This document shows positions 11,651 through 24,844 of a stretch of 53,704 bases of DNA, in pieces. This stretch comes from Octopus bimaculoides. Lineage: Eukaryota. The number at the start of each line of letters is the position of its first letter. The stretch's first letter is position 1. A model generated the notes under the pieces. The model saw only the letters and a program-made list of their open reading frames with translations, was not told the origin of the DNA and made no database searches. The DNA is taken from contig NC_069002.1 of NCBI RefSeq assembly GCF_001194135.2, positions 33,240,900 to 33,294,603 on the forward strand, given 5' to 3'. A program made the translations under genes and the position numbers.

Positions 11651-13146
11651 ACTGATTGGCAGTATAATAAAGACATCGCAGGATGGATGAATAAATATAA
11701 AAATATTATGTTACACGTACTAGGAATTCTATAATGAGATTTGTATTATGTTGCGGTATGAGAATATGAAGAGGAAGAAAGAGAGGAGAAAATGGTAAGT
11801 AATGGTTTTTGTCTCAATGACAAGATTCTGGTAAAAGAGTTAGTTTATTCATTGATATTCATAGAACGTGTGGTTTTACTTAAATATCATCGAATATTTT
11901 ACATATTTATGAAAGTTCTAAATCAATCATTACCATTGAACAGAGGAAAAAAAAAATGTTCAATCTGATATTTCAAAAGGAGAGAACAACAACAACAATG
12001 ACGGCAACAACACAGCATCATCAGAAACAAGAACAACAACAATAATGACACCAGTAACATATGAACAACTATAATAACGACAACAAGAAGCTGTTTTGTA
12101 AAAAGCGACTCATAATTTTTCTAATTGCTTTACAAGTGAAATGGGTTAGACAGAATAATAGAGTACCACATGAATACACTTGTATACAAATGTCTGTATA
12201 CATTCATGTGTGTACACAACCGAATTTATGAATGTATACACCGTTACAGACGTACGTACATACATGCACAAATATATATGCATATATATATATATATATA
12301 TATANNNNNNNNNNNNNNNNNNNNNNNNNNNNNNNNNNNNNNNNNNNNNNNNNNNNNNNNNNNNNNNNNNNNNNNNNNNNNNNNNNNNNNNNNNNNNNNN
12401 NNNNNNNNNNNNNNNNNNNNNNNNNNNNNNNNNNNNNNNNNNNNNNNNNNNNNNNNNNNNNNNNNNNNNNNNNNNNNNNNNNNNNNNNNNNNNNNNNNNN
12501 NNNNNNNNNNNNNNNNNNNNNNNNNNNNNNNNNNNNNNNNNNNNNNNNNNNNNNNNNNNNNNNNNNNNNNNNNNNNTATATATATATATATATATATATA
12601 CATACATACACCCAAATATATATATATATATATATATACATACAGAAAGAGAGAGAGAGAGAGTGTGTGAGAGAGAAAAAGAGAGAGAGAGACTGAGAGA
12701 GATTCGCGTACATACATACACACGTATATACAAACTCAAGCAACGTATACAAATACACTCTTTTCTTAAGATATGAATTCATAATCAAGTTTGAATGAAT
12801 TAAGTATTATACTTAAAGCAAAAAACAAAATAATGCCTATCCAATTACAAACACCAAACTTCTTGTCGCTGAATCGACATATTTATATAATGAATACGTC
12901 TTAATTCAGTTTGAATACTCATTTGAAACATGCATATATTTATATAGTGATGCAGTAATTGCTAATCAATTCAGTCTTAGAACAAGCAGCCGCTATCCTG
13001 CATGCACTTTTAAACGTGAAATTAATAATATATCCATGTATCATATTCTAGACGATTAGCGTTGTCTTTGTGACTTTTGAAGGTATTTTTTCCACGTATG
13101 AACTGATTTTATGGTTTTTCTTTTAGCCACTGTTTCAGTGAATCGT

Positions 13147-13148
<2 letters not shown>

Positions 13149-13217
<69 letters not shown>

Positions 13218-13218
13218 C
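13149..13218. repeat. (ATT)n microsatellite
   Basis: Direct inspection. Confidence 0.97.
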
Positions 13219-13713
13219 ATTTCTTTTCGGTTTTCTTTCATTCGACTAACAATTCCCTTCTCTGGCGTGTCTCAATGCTCCTTTGTACACCTGTCTATCC
13301 GAATATATCACCTTCACTCTCTTTCCTTTCCACACTTCTCTCTGGTTTTCACTCCGTTTCATAGAACTTCTACTCGACGGTGCCATTATCGTACATACAT
13401 CTACCTAAGAAACTCCGAGTCCACGTATACCTTCCACTTCACTACCGGCGCCGACACATATACGATTAGCATATTTGCCTGTCAAACTACCTGGGTCAAT
13501 CTTTCGCTTAAAACCTCCGGTAGTTACTCAAGTTTTTCATTTAAGAGTCCTACCTTGTTGTTCAAAAACCTGACGATTTCACTAAAATTCCTTACTGAAC
13601 GCTCTTTTGTCTCGTTACCTGCACCCGACAATCGCAAGTAACTTGCAGGATATATCCACCTCTCCACATGTGTACATATTCCCATTACTGCATATAGGAG
13701 ATGTGTGTTTACT

Positions 13714-13714
<1 letters not shown>

Positions 13715-13805
<91 letters not shown>
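13715..13805. repeat. (TA)n microsatellite
   Basis: Direct inspection. Confidence 0.97.
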
Positions 13806-13808
<3 letters not shown>

Positions 13809-14944
13809 GTAGGTATCTATCTCTGTCTCTCTCTATATATGTCTGTCTGTCTCTTTCTCTGCCTCCCTCTCTCTCTATATATGTATATATATATAAATAC
13901 ATATATTTAATTATATGCATGGAGTGAGAGTACGTGAGAGGTAGAAAACGTCATTGAGGGTGGTATTAAAATAAACTGGTTAAGATTTGAACGTTATAGA
14001 ACTAAACCCGGATTAGGATGTACAGAAGGAGCCGAACGCTATAGAACGTGTCGTAGGCTATCATTACAGCTAAGGGTTAAGACGGAAGAATTTACATCAC
14101 CAATTGAGCTGCTAAAAACCGCGTTCAAATATCTTTACGTTAACATTTATATCCGTAATTTTACTTTCTTTTAAAAATAAACTACACACAAAATTTAAAA
14201 ACAAAATTGTGAAAAATAAATAAACAGTAAAAATTGCTGATCAACATGGCTAGTTGTTCTTTGATCATTGGGTTGCTTGATCAGAGATGACCTAAGATCA
14301 ACCATCGAAGACAACTACAACAGCAGCAGAAACTGCAAGAACAGCAACAACTATAACAACAGTTACTAGTTTATGCGCCTGTAATAGAGTATTACATACA
14401 AAAATAGACTGGACAGCCATATGCAGACTGTTTGATCATAATTATGCTCAACCAGGAATGACCTGGGAGCAATGAAACAGAAAAAACGAAAAACAAGTAC
14501 AACAATTATTTATAGATACACAGTAATTAATTAATGATATTCAATTTATCAGATTAACTAACGTGACCTTTGACATCCATTGGTCAGCCGAATAACGCCA
14601 TTTCAATCGACTCTTGGCTAAAGTCGTTTGGCCAGTTGAGAAACGCCAGACATGAAATAAACAATTTAACATGAATTTAAATTAGACAGAACGTGATAAT
14701 GAGTTTGAAGCACAGGAAGTAGTTACATGCGAGCACTGGATACCAACTGGTTTCTTAACTCGTTCGGAGAAACTAAAATGCGAAAGTTATAATGGTGAAT
14801 GGATCGACACGTATTCAAGAAAGTTGGGTTATATATATATACAATATGTTTACTTACATGCATACATTCATATGAACACACGGGTGATATAAACACATAG
14901 ATTCACATAACTGCAAATGAAGTCACAGATTCACACGTATGGTT

Positions 14945-14979
<35 letters not shown>

Positions 14980-16186
14980 CACACACATACACACACACAC
15001 ACAAACACACAGATACATAGACACACACACGTATGGAAACATACAACTGCAAACCTATATACACGTATATTTTATTTCGATATGCGTATATATGGTGTGT
15101 GTGTGTGGGTGAGGTTTTGGTACATGAGTAAAAATATATAGATATACATAAATATATATGCACCTACATATATATATATATATATANNNNNNNNNNNNNN
15201 NNNNNNNNNNNNNNNNNNNNNNNNNNNNNNNNNNNNNNNNNNNNNNNNNNNNNNNNNNNNNNNNNNNNNNNNNNNNNNNNNNNNNNNNNNNNNNNNNNNN
15301 NNNNNNNNNNNNNNNNNNNNNNNNNNNNNNNNNNNNNNNNNNNNNNNNNNNNNNNNNNNNNNNNNNNNNNNNNNNNNNNNNNNNNNNNNNNNNNNNNNNN
15401 NNNNNNNNNNNNNNNNNNNNNNNNNNNNNNNNNNNNNNNNNNNNNNNNNNNNNNNNNNNNNNNNNNNNNNNNNNNNNNNNNNNNNNNNNNNNNNNNNNNN
15501 NNNNNNNNNNNNNNNNNNNNNNNNNNNNNNNNNNNNNNNNNNNNNNNNNNNNNNNNNNNNNNNNNNNNNNNNNNNNNNNNNNNNNNNNNNNNNNNNNNNN
15601 NNNNNNNNNNNNNNNNNNNNNNNNNNNNNNNNNNNNNNNNNNNNNNNNNNNNNNNNNNNNNNNNNNNNNNNNNNNNNNNNNNNNNNNNNNNNNNNNNNNN
15701 NNNNNNNNNNNNNNNNNNNNNNNNNNNNNNNNNNNNNNNNNNNNNNNNNNNNNNNNNNNNNNNNNNNNNNNNNNNNNNNNNNNNNNNNNNNNNNNNNNNN
15801 NNNNNNNNNNNNNNNNNNNNNNNNNNNNNNNNNNNNNNNNNNNNNNNNNNNNNNNNNNNNNNNNNNNNNNNNNNNNNNNNNNNNNNNNNNNNNNNNNNNN
15901 NNNNNNNNNNNNNNNNNNNNNNNNNNNNNNNNNNNNNNNNNNNNNNNNNNNNNNNNNNNNNNNNNNNNNNNNNNNNNNNNNNNNNNNNNNNNNNNNNNNN
16001 NNNNNNNNNNNNNNNNNNNNNNNNNNNNNNNNNNNNNNNNNNNNNNNNNNNNNNNNNNNNNNNNNNNNNNNNNNNNNNNNNNNNNNNNNNNNNNNNNNNN
16101 NNNNNNNNNNNNNNNNNNNNNNNNNNNNNNNNNNNNNNNNNNNNNNNNNNNNNNNNNNNNNNNNNNNNNNNNNNNNNNNNNNNNNN

Positions 16187-16224
<38 letters not shown>

Positions 16225-17254
16225 TTCATATATGCATACATGCATATATATATTTGCACACGTGTAGAAGCAGCCTCATGAGGGTATTTATTGTACACAC
16301 ACACACCTATATTTATGTATTTCTCTACACATGCATACATAAACACGACCGAAAATGTGTCTTAATAGTATAGTTTGTTATGTGTGTATTTTTGTATGAG
16401 TGTATATATATATCCATAGGTATGCATTTGTGTGCGTTTAGGCCTGTATATTTTTTACATATACGTATGTTCATATATGTGTTTGTATAGATATATACTT
16501 AATCTTAGATAGCTGCATATATAAATATATATGTGTGTGCGCGCGTGTGTGTGTTTGTGTGTGAGTGTATGGGTATGCATGTGTGTGCTTTCTGTTCGTT
16601 ATTTTACGTGGGTGTCTATTTGTACGTGCGTATTTTTCGTACTGACGACCGCCAAATTATTCAGTATTATATTTATATCCCCATACACTTATATCGTACA
16701 GATCAGCGCTAGCTGGAACGTAAGAGACACTATTTCAACCTAATTTTTTGGCGAATATAAACGCTGACATTACGTATGTCTATAATAAACTGCATTATGT
16801 ATCTAGTTCTAAATGGAAATAGATTAAACACATTTTCTAATCAGGAAATAATAATGTTGAAAGTCAATGGAATTAAACGAATTTCTTTGAAATTATTATT
16901 CAAATAATGGTTCTGTGTAATTAAGAAGGAATTTCTGTAGTGAAAACTAACAAATGAAGCCCCATATTTACTGAGAGGAATGACTTAATGCTGGATCGTC
17001 TGATTTATGCTCGAGAACCTTTTGATGCAATGTTGTGTTATTGTGATGTTATTATTGTGCATGTTCTAGTGTTTCAAACATTTAATACATTTTTTACTGG
17101 ATCTCATTTATACTAATATTTAAAAAATTATGCTGTAACTCATTTAAAATAAAATTTGCTTCGTGAGATGTCTGTATGCATACTTTGTTTCATAATGTTA
17201 TTTATGCTAAAGACGAACGAACTGGCAGATATAATCGTTTGATATAATTCGACT

Positions 17255-17600
17255 TATCCTCTTTCCGAAATTGCTGCCCTTGTGCCAGAATTTGAATGGC
17301 ATATTCTTTTCTACTCTAGGCACAAGGCTCGAATGTTTGGGGGACAGGACCACCCGATTAGATGGAACCAGTTCGCAACTGATACGTTATTTATCGACAA
17401 CGAAAGAATGAAAGCAAAGTCGACCACGGTGGAATTTGAACTCAGAACGTAAACTCAGACGAAATACCTATTTCGTTATTGCCCACAAGGGGCTAAACAT
17501 AGACGGAACAAACAAGAACAGACGAACGGATTAAGTCGTTTACATCGACCCCAGTGCGTAACTGGTACTTAATTTATCGACCCCGAAAGGATGAAAGGCA
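17255..17600 (-). mobile_element. Cluster of three SINE type A pieces (a short plus-strand tail, then two minus-strand copies)
   Basis: Tail cccttgtgccagaatttgaa, then aggcacaagg...aaagtcgaccacggtggaatttgaactcagaacgtaa, then attgcccacaaggggct...atcgaccccgaaaggatgaaaggc. Confidence 0.85.
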
Positions 17601-19162
17601 TATTAATTGAATGTGGAATGCATACGGCATCAATTATTGACTGAATTTACTAATTTTCGTAAATGCAATTTAGTTTAAAACGCTATGGTGTATCGTGACA
17701 TGTGTAGACCAACTACATTGAGTGTATATGTACTCGATGCATTAACTAATTAATTGAATACAAGTTTAAGCCACTTCCTTTTAAAAATACTTCGTTTGTG
17801 AAAGTGTGGTCCCTACTGCGCATGTGTGTGTGAGTGTATGTGCACGTGCGTGTGCGTGTGTGCGCGCATGTTACATAGGTTGGTCGATAGCGGGTGACAT
17901 GGTAATATTATCGTAATATGATATAGGTTTGAATCTCTGCTACAACGAGTGCTATACTGGAAAAATCAGGAGACACTCGGAGTTAAGAAATTGAGCCATT
18001 TTTAGATAAACATAACTGACGAAATGTCTAATTTTAATTTGTTATTACTTGTAGTCTGGTAATATTAAGGTAGGATTTGCATGCTATTATCTATCACAGA
18101 ATTTTCGCTTTTGAAATGCTTAGCGAAAATAACAGGAAATTTGCATCGCTCCCACTCTAAACTTAATCCTATAAACTGGCATATCTATTGGAATTTCTGC
18201 TGAGGAGCGACCGATGAGGAGACTCCTATCAAGCGGACAGTCCTCCATACTTCTTCCATCACAGAGTCCTCAAGTAAACGGACATCTCTATAGGTCTTGG
18301 TTATAGTGAATACAGATGAGAGTTTAGTTATTAAATTGCTAGAATACATACATACAGGAAAGTTTTCAATGCACAATTCTTTGGGTTGTCGTTCTGTCTG
18401 TGTTCGTTGATATATGTGTGTGTGAGTGTGTGTATGTATGAGTGCGCGCGCACGCGTCAGCGTATGTGAGTGTGTATAATGTATATATAAGTATGTGTGT
18501 GTGTATGTATGGGGAAAACCAGATCGAACCATCTCAAGTGTAACTGCCCGAAATGGTCGTGACTGCTGGAACTTGACTGAGGAAAGAAAGCCATGAATGA
18601 CCGGTTTTTTTTTTTGCCTGTCCCTCTAATTGTTGTTTCTCTTGTCCGGCTTTGTATCGTCAATCTCTCCGAATGTGTTAATGTCCTCTATTGCGTTTTT
18701 GTTCTATTTTTTATATTTCTATGTATGTATGTATGCCTCTATCTATCTATCTATGTATATATACATTTGTATAAGAATACGTACTTAAATATATAAGGTA
18801 TAAAAAATGTATGTATAAATTTGGTGTATGTGTTAAATATACATGTATATNNNNNNNNNNNNNNNNNNNNNNNNNNNNNNNNNNNNNNNNNNNNNNNNNN
18901 NNNNNNNNNNNNNNNNNNNNNNNNNNNNNNNNNNNNNNNNNNNNNNNNNNNNNNNNNNNNNNNNNNNNNNNNNNNNNNNNNNNNNNNNNNNNNNNNNNNN
19001 NNNNNNNNNNNNNNNNNNNNNNNNNNNNNNNNNNNNNNNNNNNNNNNNNNNNNNNNNNNNNNNNNNNNNNNNNNNNNNNNNNNNNNNNNNNNNNNNNNNN
19101 NNNNNNNNNNNNNNNNNNNNNNNNNNNNNNNNNNNNNNNNNNNNNNNNNNNNNNNNNNNNNN

Positions 19163-19200
<38 letters not shown>

Positions 19201-19729
19201 TGCATGTATGTATGTACGTACGTGTACAGACATATTTAATCTTTTCGCAATACTTGAATAAGAGATATAATACAAAATAAAATGACATTTTAAGAAAAAG
19301 AAAAATGAAACGATAAAAAGAAATTATAAAATAAGCGCAACGTCATTTCCTTTCTTAAATGTTGTATGGGTCTTATGATTTGCCTGTTGCCTCTCAACTT
19401 GAACGGTGCAAAGAAACTAAGTCTGAAATCCCATTATTCATTATTAAAACTGATTAAAATGACAGGCAAGCTATCAAATATTGTGTTTTCTTCTTCAACT
19501 TGCTTTCATTGTGCCAAACTTCAGCTATAAAAGATTCATCATATTTGATAATTAATTTAAACACAACTTCAAATGTTATCCTGTGTCATTTTTTTATTCA
19601 ATTATTTTATTTATATCACAGTTTATATTTGAAACTACTTGCCTTCCAGAGAGACAGCCATACTCACACACAAAAATCCGTATATATATGCATGTATATA
19701 TATATATGTATGTATGTATGTATGTATGG

Positions 19730-19893
19730 GCGCAGCCGTATCTGTGTCGAAAGCAGGTGGCTTCCTAATGGAATGGTTCCGGGTTCAGTCCAACTGCGTA
19801 CCGATATTTCGAACAGTGCCTTCTACCATGTCCTTGCGCCAATCAAAGCCTAATGCGTGGATTTGGTAGACCCAAACTGAAAGAAGCCCGTCG
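19730..19893 (+). mobile_element. SINE type B 5' half, diverged
   Basis: ggttccgggttcagtccaactgcgt...ggatttggtagacccaaactgaaagaagcccgtcg. Confidence 0.85.
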
Positions 19894-19929
19894 CACACAC
19901 ACACACGCGCGCGCGCACACACATATATA

Positions 19930-20415
19930 TCAGGTCATCCCATAAGTTCTGTCCGATTTTACCTTTTTTTTTAAATTGAATGATATTTAATAGTATTTTA
20001 CAATGTGTAATGGAATAAAAATGTATTTTTATGCGTTTCTGTACATTTAAACTAATTAAATATTATTTTACAGAATAATAGATTAAAAATTTCTTTGATT
20101 AAAACCCTTTTTAACACGGAAGTATCCAAAGAGCATTTGAAGCACATAATGCTTTATGAGTACAAAAAGGGAAACTCTGCAGCCGAAGCGACTCGAAACG
20201 TACACTCAGTTTATGGGAAAGAATGCTTGAATGAAAGAACTTGCAGAAGATGGTTTGCAAAATTCAGAAGTGAAGATTTCAGCCTTGAAGATGAAGATCG
20301 AACAGGACGTCCAGTTGAGTTTGAAAAATGGATCTGCTATCGAAATGTTAAACGTCGTAAACAGTGGCTTGGTAAAATGTAAAAAGCTCAACTCCAACCG
20401 AAAAGGGAACTTCAT
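19930..20415 (+). mobile_element. Mariner element 5' part with an internal in-frame deletion
   Basis: TA|TCAGGTCATCCCATAAGTTCTGTCCG TIR, then EVSKEHLKHIMLYEYKKGNSAAEATRNVHSVYGKECLNERTCRRWFAKFRSEDFSLEDEDRTGRPVEF. This is fused directly to EKWICYRNVKRRKQWLG, followed by KAQLQPKRELH. Confidence 0.92.
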
Positions 20416-20639
20416 GTATAAGGGGACCACACACGTATATACATAACTATGGTCCCTGTTAGGGTATATGTTTTCATTCATATGCGATGGCTGCAGCATT
20501 AGAGCGCTGTAGCTCTCATTTCTAGCATTGTAGCCGGTTTTTAACACATTTATAGAAATGTATTCTACTTCTTGGTGAAAAATTGCAGACCTGTTTATAT
20601 AAGGCTTTATTTCCACACACGCCAGCTTAAGTTAATTCG

Positions 20640-20975
20640 TCCTTAGTCGAAAGACACCAGTTGTTATGTCCTGTGATTATTTTTAATGTATTTGTGTTCG
20701 TTCGTTCGTTTTTTTCATCCTTGTTTTTGTATACGGTCGCTGCTCTCTCCTAAGGAATCTAATGCTCTTAGCTTAGTTTTTCCTTGGGGCTGGCCAGATT
20801 GGAGCAATACCGAAAGTAACCAACCGAAATTGCAAAGATGATCTGGATCTCGACTGATGAATGAAAACTCCGAATGACCTGTCCGTGTTTTCTTTGTATC
20901 GTCTGTCTGGATGTTTTGTTGTCCCTTTCTTGTATCACCTAACTGTTTGGATGTTTTGCGTTCTTGTCCCATTTT
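20640..20975. repeat. Probable interspersed repeat, unclassified (possibly a retroelement terminal region)
   Basis: T-rich element-like block with an internal direct repeat, ctgt(c/t)tggatgttttg...tgtccc twice. The family is recalled from octopus-type sequence, and only one copy is present here. Confidence 0.35.
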
Positions 20976-21625
20976 ATATTATATACATATATATATATAT
21001 ACAGAGGGAGAGAAGAAGAGAGAAGGAGAGAGAGATTGGGAGGAACAGTGGTGTGAATTGCATATAGAAAGGTAGAGAGACATACCCTTAAATATTCATT
21101 TTAAGATAACGTAGAGACGTGCTTTTTCCTTTCATAGAAAGGTGTAGACTAATATAGACATATACATATTTATACAAATACCCATTTATACAAAATACAC
21201 ATATATACACGCACACGCTCAGCAAGATACACACGCACCAGCACTCACCTCTTCACACACACACACACACACACTCACACACACACACACACACACGCAT
21301 ACACACACACATACACACACAACCACATACAAAATAAAATTTGTTTTGCAATCAATCGAATCTTGAATATTCAAGTACGCTTAAAAGTCGCAATGGTAAG
21401 CGAGCAGTATACACGCACACATACACACACCTACAGAAATACGCATAACCACACACGTATATACATACATGCATATATACATCCATCCATACATATATGC
21501 ATAATACATATATACATATCTATAACTATCTTTCTAACTATCTATCTATCTCTGTGTGTATGCATTTTATCCATCTATCTATCTTTTGGTCTACCTATAT
21601 ATTAACGTGTGCGTTTGTATACATA

Positions 21626-21656
<31 letters not shown>

Positions 21657-22229
21657 NNNNNNNNNNNNNNNNNNNNNNNNNNNNNNNNNNNNNNNNNNNN
21701 NNNNNNNNNNNNNNNNNNNNNNNNNNNNNNNNNNNNNNNNNNNNNNNNNNNNNNNNNNNNNNNNNNNNNNNNNNNNNNNNNNNNNNNNNNNNNNNNNNNN
21801 NNNNNNNNNNNNNNNNNNNNNNNNNNNNNNNNNNNNNNNNNNNNNNNNNNNNNNNNNNNNNNNNNNNNNNNNNNNNNNNNNNNNNNNNNNNNNNNNNNNN
21901 NNNNNNNNNNNNNNNNNNNNNNNNNNNNNNNNNNNNNNNNNNNNNNNNNNNNNNNNNNNNNNNNNNNNNNNNNNNNNNNNNNNNNNNNNNNNNNNNNNNN
22001 NNNNNNNNNNNNNNNNNNNNNNNNNNNNNNNNNNNNNNNNNNNNNNNNNNNNNNNNNNNNNNNNNNNNNNNNNNNTATATATATATATGTGTGCTGGTGC
22101 GCGCACACCTTTGTGTATATACATATGTATGTATGTGATGGCTATATATATATATATATATATATGTATTTGTATATTTATGTATTAATCTCTATCGTGT
22201 TAATGTTATAACACCATTTAATTTTGAAA

Positions 22230-22264
22230 TATCACTTAACCCTTTTTTTCTTTCTTTCTACAGG
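22230..22264 (+). other. Candidate 3' splice acceptor
   Basis: Branch-point-like TTAAC, a 20+ nt pyrimidine tract (ccctttttttctttctttct) and ACAG|G. The first exon base would be 22264. Confidence 0.4.
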
Positions 22265-22511
22265 TCTCCTTGCTGAATAAATCGATAGTAGTCAATAAAT
22301 CAATGAGAAATCGTCTATCTCACACACCGACGGTTTCATTTGATTTTCTTATTACTATATTCTTATGTATGATTTTATATGTGTTTTAAAGTTTTTCTCA
22401 GATTTTTTTCTCCTTTTTGCTCTGTGTGTATGGTAAGACGGTTGGTAGTTAATCATTACTATCATTATTAATGCCGTTGTGGTAATTGTTGTTGGTGCTG
22501 TTGGTGTTGTA

Positions 22512-22585
<74 letters not shown>

Positions 22586-22595
22586 CATTATTATC
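22512..22595. repeat. (TTA)n microsatellite
   Basis: Direct inspection. Confidence 0.97.
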
Positions 22596-23569
22596 ACAGT
22601 TATTTGATTTTATTTTCATTATTCATATTATTGCTATTACCAGTAGAAGAAAAATAAATATCTAAAGNNNNNNNNNNNNNNNNNNNNNNNNNNNNNNNNN
22701 NNNNNNNNNNNNNNNNNNNNNNNNNNNNNNNNNNNNNNNNNNNNNNNNNNNNNNNNNNNNNNNNNNNNNNNNNNNNNNNNNNNNNNNNNNNNNNNNNNNN
22801 NNNNNNNNNNNNNNNNNNNNNNNNNNNNNNNNNNNNNNNNNNNNNNNNNNNNNNNNNNNNNNNNNNNNNNNNNNNNNNNNNNNNNNNNNNNNNNNNNNNN
22901 NNNNNNNNNNNNNNNNNNNNNNNNNNNNNNNNNNNNNNNNNNNNNNNNNNNNNNNNNNNNNNNNNNNNNNNNNNNNNNNNNNNNNNNNNNNNNNNNNNNN
23001 NNNNNNNNNNNNNNNNNNNNNNNNNNNNNNNNNNNNNNNNNNNNNNNNNNNNNNNNNNNNNNNNNNNNNNNNNNNNNNNNNNNNNNNNNNNNNNNNNNNN
23101 NNNNNNNNNNNNNNNNNNNNNNNNNNNNNNNNNNNNNNNNNNNNNNNNNNNNNNNNNNNNNNNNNNNNNNNNNNNNNNNNNNNNNNNNNNNNNNNNNNNN
23201 NNNNNNNNNNNNNNNNNNNNNNNNNNNNNNNNNNNNNNNNNNNNNNNNNNNNNNNNNNNNNNNNNNNNNNNNNNNNNNNNNNNNNNNNTATATATGTATG
23301 TGTATATGTTTGTGAAATCAAATGTAATAAATAATAAAATGAACAACAATATTCGAAATTAAAAAAATAAACTATTTGATATATATTTTTGTGTGTTTGT
23401 TTACTCATCTTATTATTTTTCATTTTAATTTATGTTTTTGTGTATTATCATTGGTAAGTATTTATGATCTGTGATTAAATACCCTTGACTGGAATAATTT
23501 CTTGATGTTTTGCTTTTTGTTTGTTACTGTTCTTTTCTTTTCTTTTATTTTCAATATATCACAGTTTGA

Positions 23570-23572
23570 TGT

Positions 23573-23607
<35 letters not shown>

Positions 23608-23830
23608 GTCGTGGTGATGGTCGGGAATGATGGCGCTTTACTTTCTCTTTTATTGATATCAACATCGACATCATCGTCGTTGTCGGCATAATCATCAATG
23701 TTATCATTATCATCACCATCGTCATGATCCTCATTACCACCATCACCACCACCACCACCATCACCATCATCATCGCCATCATCATCATCGTCATCATCAT
23801 CATCGTCATCATCATCATCATCATCATCAT
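23570..23830. repeat. (GAT)n followed by degenerate (CAT/CAC)n tracts
   Basis: Direct inspection. Source of the poly-Asp, poly-Met and poly-Ile ORFs. Confidence 0.9.
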
Positions 23831-24139
23831 CGTTGTTGTTGGTTTTTTCCACCATTGCAACCTAGAACACACCCAGGTCAATGGAGAAAAGCAACGCCAG
23901 AACCGCCAAAACCGACACAACCACCGCTATCATTGGCGTGCCGTCAACATCGTCTCCATGGACCATCGTTATAAGAACAACCACTCTGAAAAGAACAACG
24001 ACTGTGACAACATAAGCATCAACATTTTCACCTCTACCACTACCACCCCCACCACCACCACCTACAGCAACTACATCAATATGCTTCATAAAATTTGACA
24101 AAAAAGCCAGCAGTTTCGAGAGATGGCTAAGCTAACTCC

Positions 24140-24300
24140 ATTCCTCAACTGGTTCTTAACTGTCCGGAACGCCAAATGAAAAAAAAGAGTGAAGTCGATT
24201 TCGGCAGAATTCTAAACCAGAATGCAAAGAGCCAGAAAAAATGGCTAAGTTTTCTCTTTGCCGGGTAAAACAATTAATATGCCGCACCAGCTTGCTACAA
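24140..24300 (-). mobile_element. Highly diverged SINE type A
   Basis: caactggttctta...aagtcgatttcggcagaattctaaaccagaatgcaaag...gccgggtaaaa. Confidence 0.6.
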
Positions 24301-24844
24301 TAAGGAAATTTTGTGCAAGTGTAGCAAAGTACATGGGAACAAAAGGAGACATTCCCTCCACCAAAGATAATCGTCTGTGCAAAGCTACACATTTTTGAAA
24401 AGCGACTATTCTTCCTCTGGATCAATATAAACCTCATAGTATTTCGAAATAGCCAACAGTTATACCAACTCTATAACGAAAGAAAACCTAAATGTCCAGA
24501 TTGATAAATCTGGTGACTGTAAAAGAGTTAGGCAACTAGAAAGTAAATGTAAACAATCTGACGAGACTCTGATCACTGATTTCACTTGATATCGTAAGCA
24601 ATTGTTTGCAGAAGCCGTCGTTGACAAAAGAGATGCTTGTAATTTTCAAATAGTGCTGCTCTCAAAGGATTTGTCTTAAGTATTCTCTTTTCGCCGTTTC
24701 ATTTGTAAATATTGTTTTCTTATTCTTCTTTTATGTGGTGTGTTTGAGACGACTATGATTCTGGATTTGTTTAGTTTGGAGAGAGGAGGGCTTGGTAATT
24801 GTGAAACCAATCATATAAAGAGACAGTGGTAAAGAATATAAAAT

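Noticed and set aside
13250-13700. Possible RTE-derived segment on the minus strand
   Set aside because: Only scattered hints (EVDISC, GIRGLGV, FLR..MY) and no consistent frame. Left uncalled.
20845-20885. CTGATGA...GAA as a second hammerhead
   Set aside because: The core heptamer is present, but stem II pairs poorly (tga/tcc), GAAA is GAAT, and there is no NUH triplet or stem I.
23462-24101. Poly-Asp (acidic biomineral-like), poly-Met and poly-Ile ORFs
   Set aside because: All frames of a GAT/CAT microsatellite are open by construction, and the flanks are not coding-like.
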